Source: Felis catus
Lineage: Eukaryota
DNA: 64,000 nt
NCBI RefSeq assembly: GCF_018350175.1
Contig: NC_058368.1
Location: forward strand, 198,712,001 to 198,776,000
Reading direction: 5' to 3'
Numbering within the stretch: the stretch's first letter is position 1; each line of letters opens with the position of its first letter. Both the position numbers and the translations under genes were made by a program. The notes beneath the pieces are model-generated. The model was not told where the DNA came from. It made no database searches and was given only the letters and a program-made list of their open reading frames with translations. Below are positions 62,402 to 64,000 of this stretch, piece by piece.

Positions 62402-62807
62402 TATGATGGTTAATTTTATATTGTCAACCTGCCTGGGCCACGGTGCCCGTGTATGTGGTCATATACAATCCTGGATGTTTGTGTTTTGGGATGAGATGAA
62501 TATTTAAGTCAGTGGACTTTAAGTTAAGCAGACAGTCCTCTATAATGTGGGTGGGTCTCATCCAACCATTTGAAGGCCTGAATTGAACAAAAGATGACCA
62601 CTGCCCCACCCCTCAGCAATGAGGAAGTCTGTATCAAGTAGCCTTTGGACTTGACCTGAAGCATCAGCTGTTATCTGGTTCTCCAGGTTACCCTGCAGAT
62701 ACTGACCTGCCACCCTCCATAATTGAGTCAATTCCTTAGAATATATTTTTCTGTATATACATAAACCTACTATTGGTCTGTTTCTCTAGAGAACTTTGAA
62801 TTAAACA
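62402..62807 (+). mobile_element. MLT2B-like ERVL solo LTR
   Basis: tatgatggttaattttatattgtcaac..ataatgtgggtgggtctcatccaaccatttgaaggcctgaat..tattggtctgtttctctagagaac..aca. Confidence 0.88.
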
Positions 62808-62814
62808 GAATATC

Positions 62815-62837
62815 ATTTTAAAATTTGTGGGTTTTGC

Positions 62838-62879
<42 letters not shown>

Positions 62880-63050
62880 AGACAGCAAGTGGGAGAGGAG
62901 CAGAGATGGGGGGGAGAGAGAAGCCCAAGCAGCCTCCTCACCATTAGTGGTGGAGCCTTACACAGGGCTTGAACTCCTAAAACGTGAGATCATGATCTGA
63001 GCCAAAGCCAAGAGCCAGATGCTTAACCCACTGAGCCACCCAGGCGCCTC
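62815..63050 (-). mobile_element. Can-SINE with a (GT)18 tract
   Basis: TSD ta(a)aacagaatatc at 62802-62814 and 63051-63064. (GT)18 at 62841-62876. Confidence 0.93.
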
Positions 63051-63431
63051 TAAAACAGAATATCTTAAAAGTAGATAATGGGTGTTATAGAGGAACAATG
63101 GTAAGAGTGACATCAGATTTCTACTGGAAACAAGGCAAGCAAGACAGAGCAACATCATTAAAATACTGAAGGAAAAAAATTATCAACCTATACCCAGCAA
63201 AAATATCTTTGAAAACGATGAAACATAAAAACGTCTTCACTGTACTTTTTTGTTATTACTTTTGTTACACTTTTTCCAGCGTTAAAAGAAGTATTAAAGG
63301 AAGTCCTTTAGACAGAAGAAAAATGAATCCAGATGGAAATCTGGATTTATACAAAGAAAGGGAAAGTACAGAAAATGGTGACCACGTGGGTAGTCATATA
63401 AAATTTAGTTCTTATTTAAATCTCTATAACA

Positions 63432-63558
63432 TGGCACGTGGGTGGTTCAGTCGGTTGATCGTCCAACTCTTGATTTCAGCTCAGGTCATGATCCCAGGGT
63501 CATGGGATCAAGCCCTGTGTGGGGCTCTATGCTGAGCATGGAAACTGCTTAAGTAAGG

Positions 63559-63626
<68 letters not shown>

Positions 63627-63691
63627 TTCTCGCTCTCCCTTTCTCGCTCTCCCTCCACTGCTTGCAGGAGCTCGCTCTCTAAAAAAATAAA
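63432..63691 (+). mobile_element. Can-SINE (different subfamily) with long (CT)n
   Basis: ggtggttcagtcggttga..caggtcatgatcccagggtcatgggatcaagccc; (CT)n at ~63564-63630. Confidence 0.9.
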
Positions 63692-64000
63692 CAGTATATC
63701 GAGTTTATAATGTGAAAAGTAAAATGCAGGAGAATAATGGCATAAAATTCATAGTGGAAAAGGGGAAGTAGACTTTCGTAAGGTTCTTTTACGTGAAGTG
63801 ATTATAATAGCACTTGAAGGTAGACTGTGATAAAACATGTAGTATAAACCCTAACACAACCACTGAAATAACAGAGTGATAGCCAAGAAAGCAGCAGATG
63901 ATATAAGATGGAATTAACACAAATTAACAAACAAAAACAGAAAGAAAGGAACAAGATAGATGGAATAAATAGAAAACAAGTAGTAGGTGATATACTCAAA

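Larger units (their letters stand above)
57871..64000 (+). other. ARL15: Start of ARL15 intron 2
   Basis: Begins GTGGGT. The next ARL15 peptide (FSIKAVPF...) was not found in the rest of the window. Confidence 0.85.
61046..64000 (+). mobile_element. Old L1M (L1MD-like) 5'UTR/ORF1 remnant, interrupted by MLT2 and two Can-SINEs, running off the window
   Basis: ggacttcc..tttaccctcctgc; ccctgagagatgagaaaccaatgag; attaccaggcatgtaaagaggcaggaaaacatg; agattagacattgcagaagag; tatcaacctatacccagcaaaaatatc. Confidence 0.8.

Noticed and set aside
590..63691. Sense bias of Can-SINEs (17 plus versus 7 minus; most plus copies carry AATAAA)
   Set aside because: Counting the dimer once gives 16:7, two-sided binomial p about 0.09, which is not significant.

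Overview
Mammalian genomic DNA from a felid, judged from 24 Felidae-type Can-SINEs including one near-consensus young copy at 35305-35530. The window lies inside the ARL15 gene on the + strand. The only coding sequence I can support is a 145-nt internal exon at 57726-57870 (CFRALCCKGPPPARPEYDLVCIGLTGSGKTSLLSKLCSESPENVVSTT-G), matching my recollection of ARL15 exon 2. Bases 1-57725 are therefore the distal part of the long upstream intron and 57871-64000 the start of the next intron. The rest is interspersed repeats (Can-SINE, L1/HAL1, L2, MIR, MLT1/MLT2/LTR33/LTR16, MER20/44/46/58), microsatellites and repeat-poor, enhancer-like DNA. All other ORFs in the track look spurious. I found no convincing new multi-gene system. 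The most notable observations are: a SINE whose tail and target-site duplication (TSD) appear micro-inverted; a tandem SINE dimer with a triplicated TSD; a CpG-retaining, repeat-free segment bracketed by two palindromes; and a ~9 kb transposon-poor block with PBX/HOX/MEIS, RFX and HRE motif clusters. Repeat subfamily names come from recalled consensus sequences, not from a RepeatMasker run, and boundaries of old repeats are approximate.
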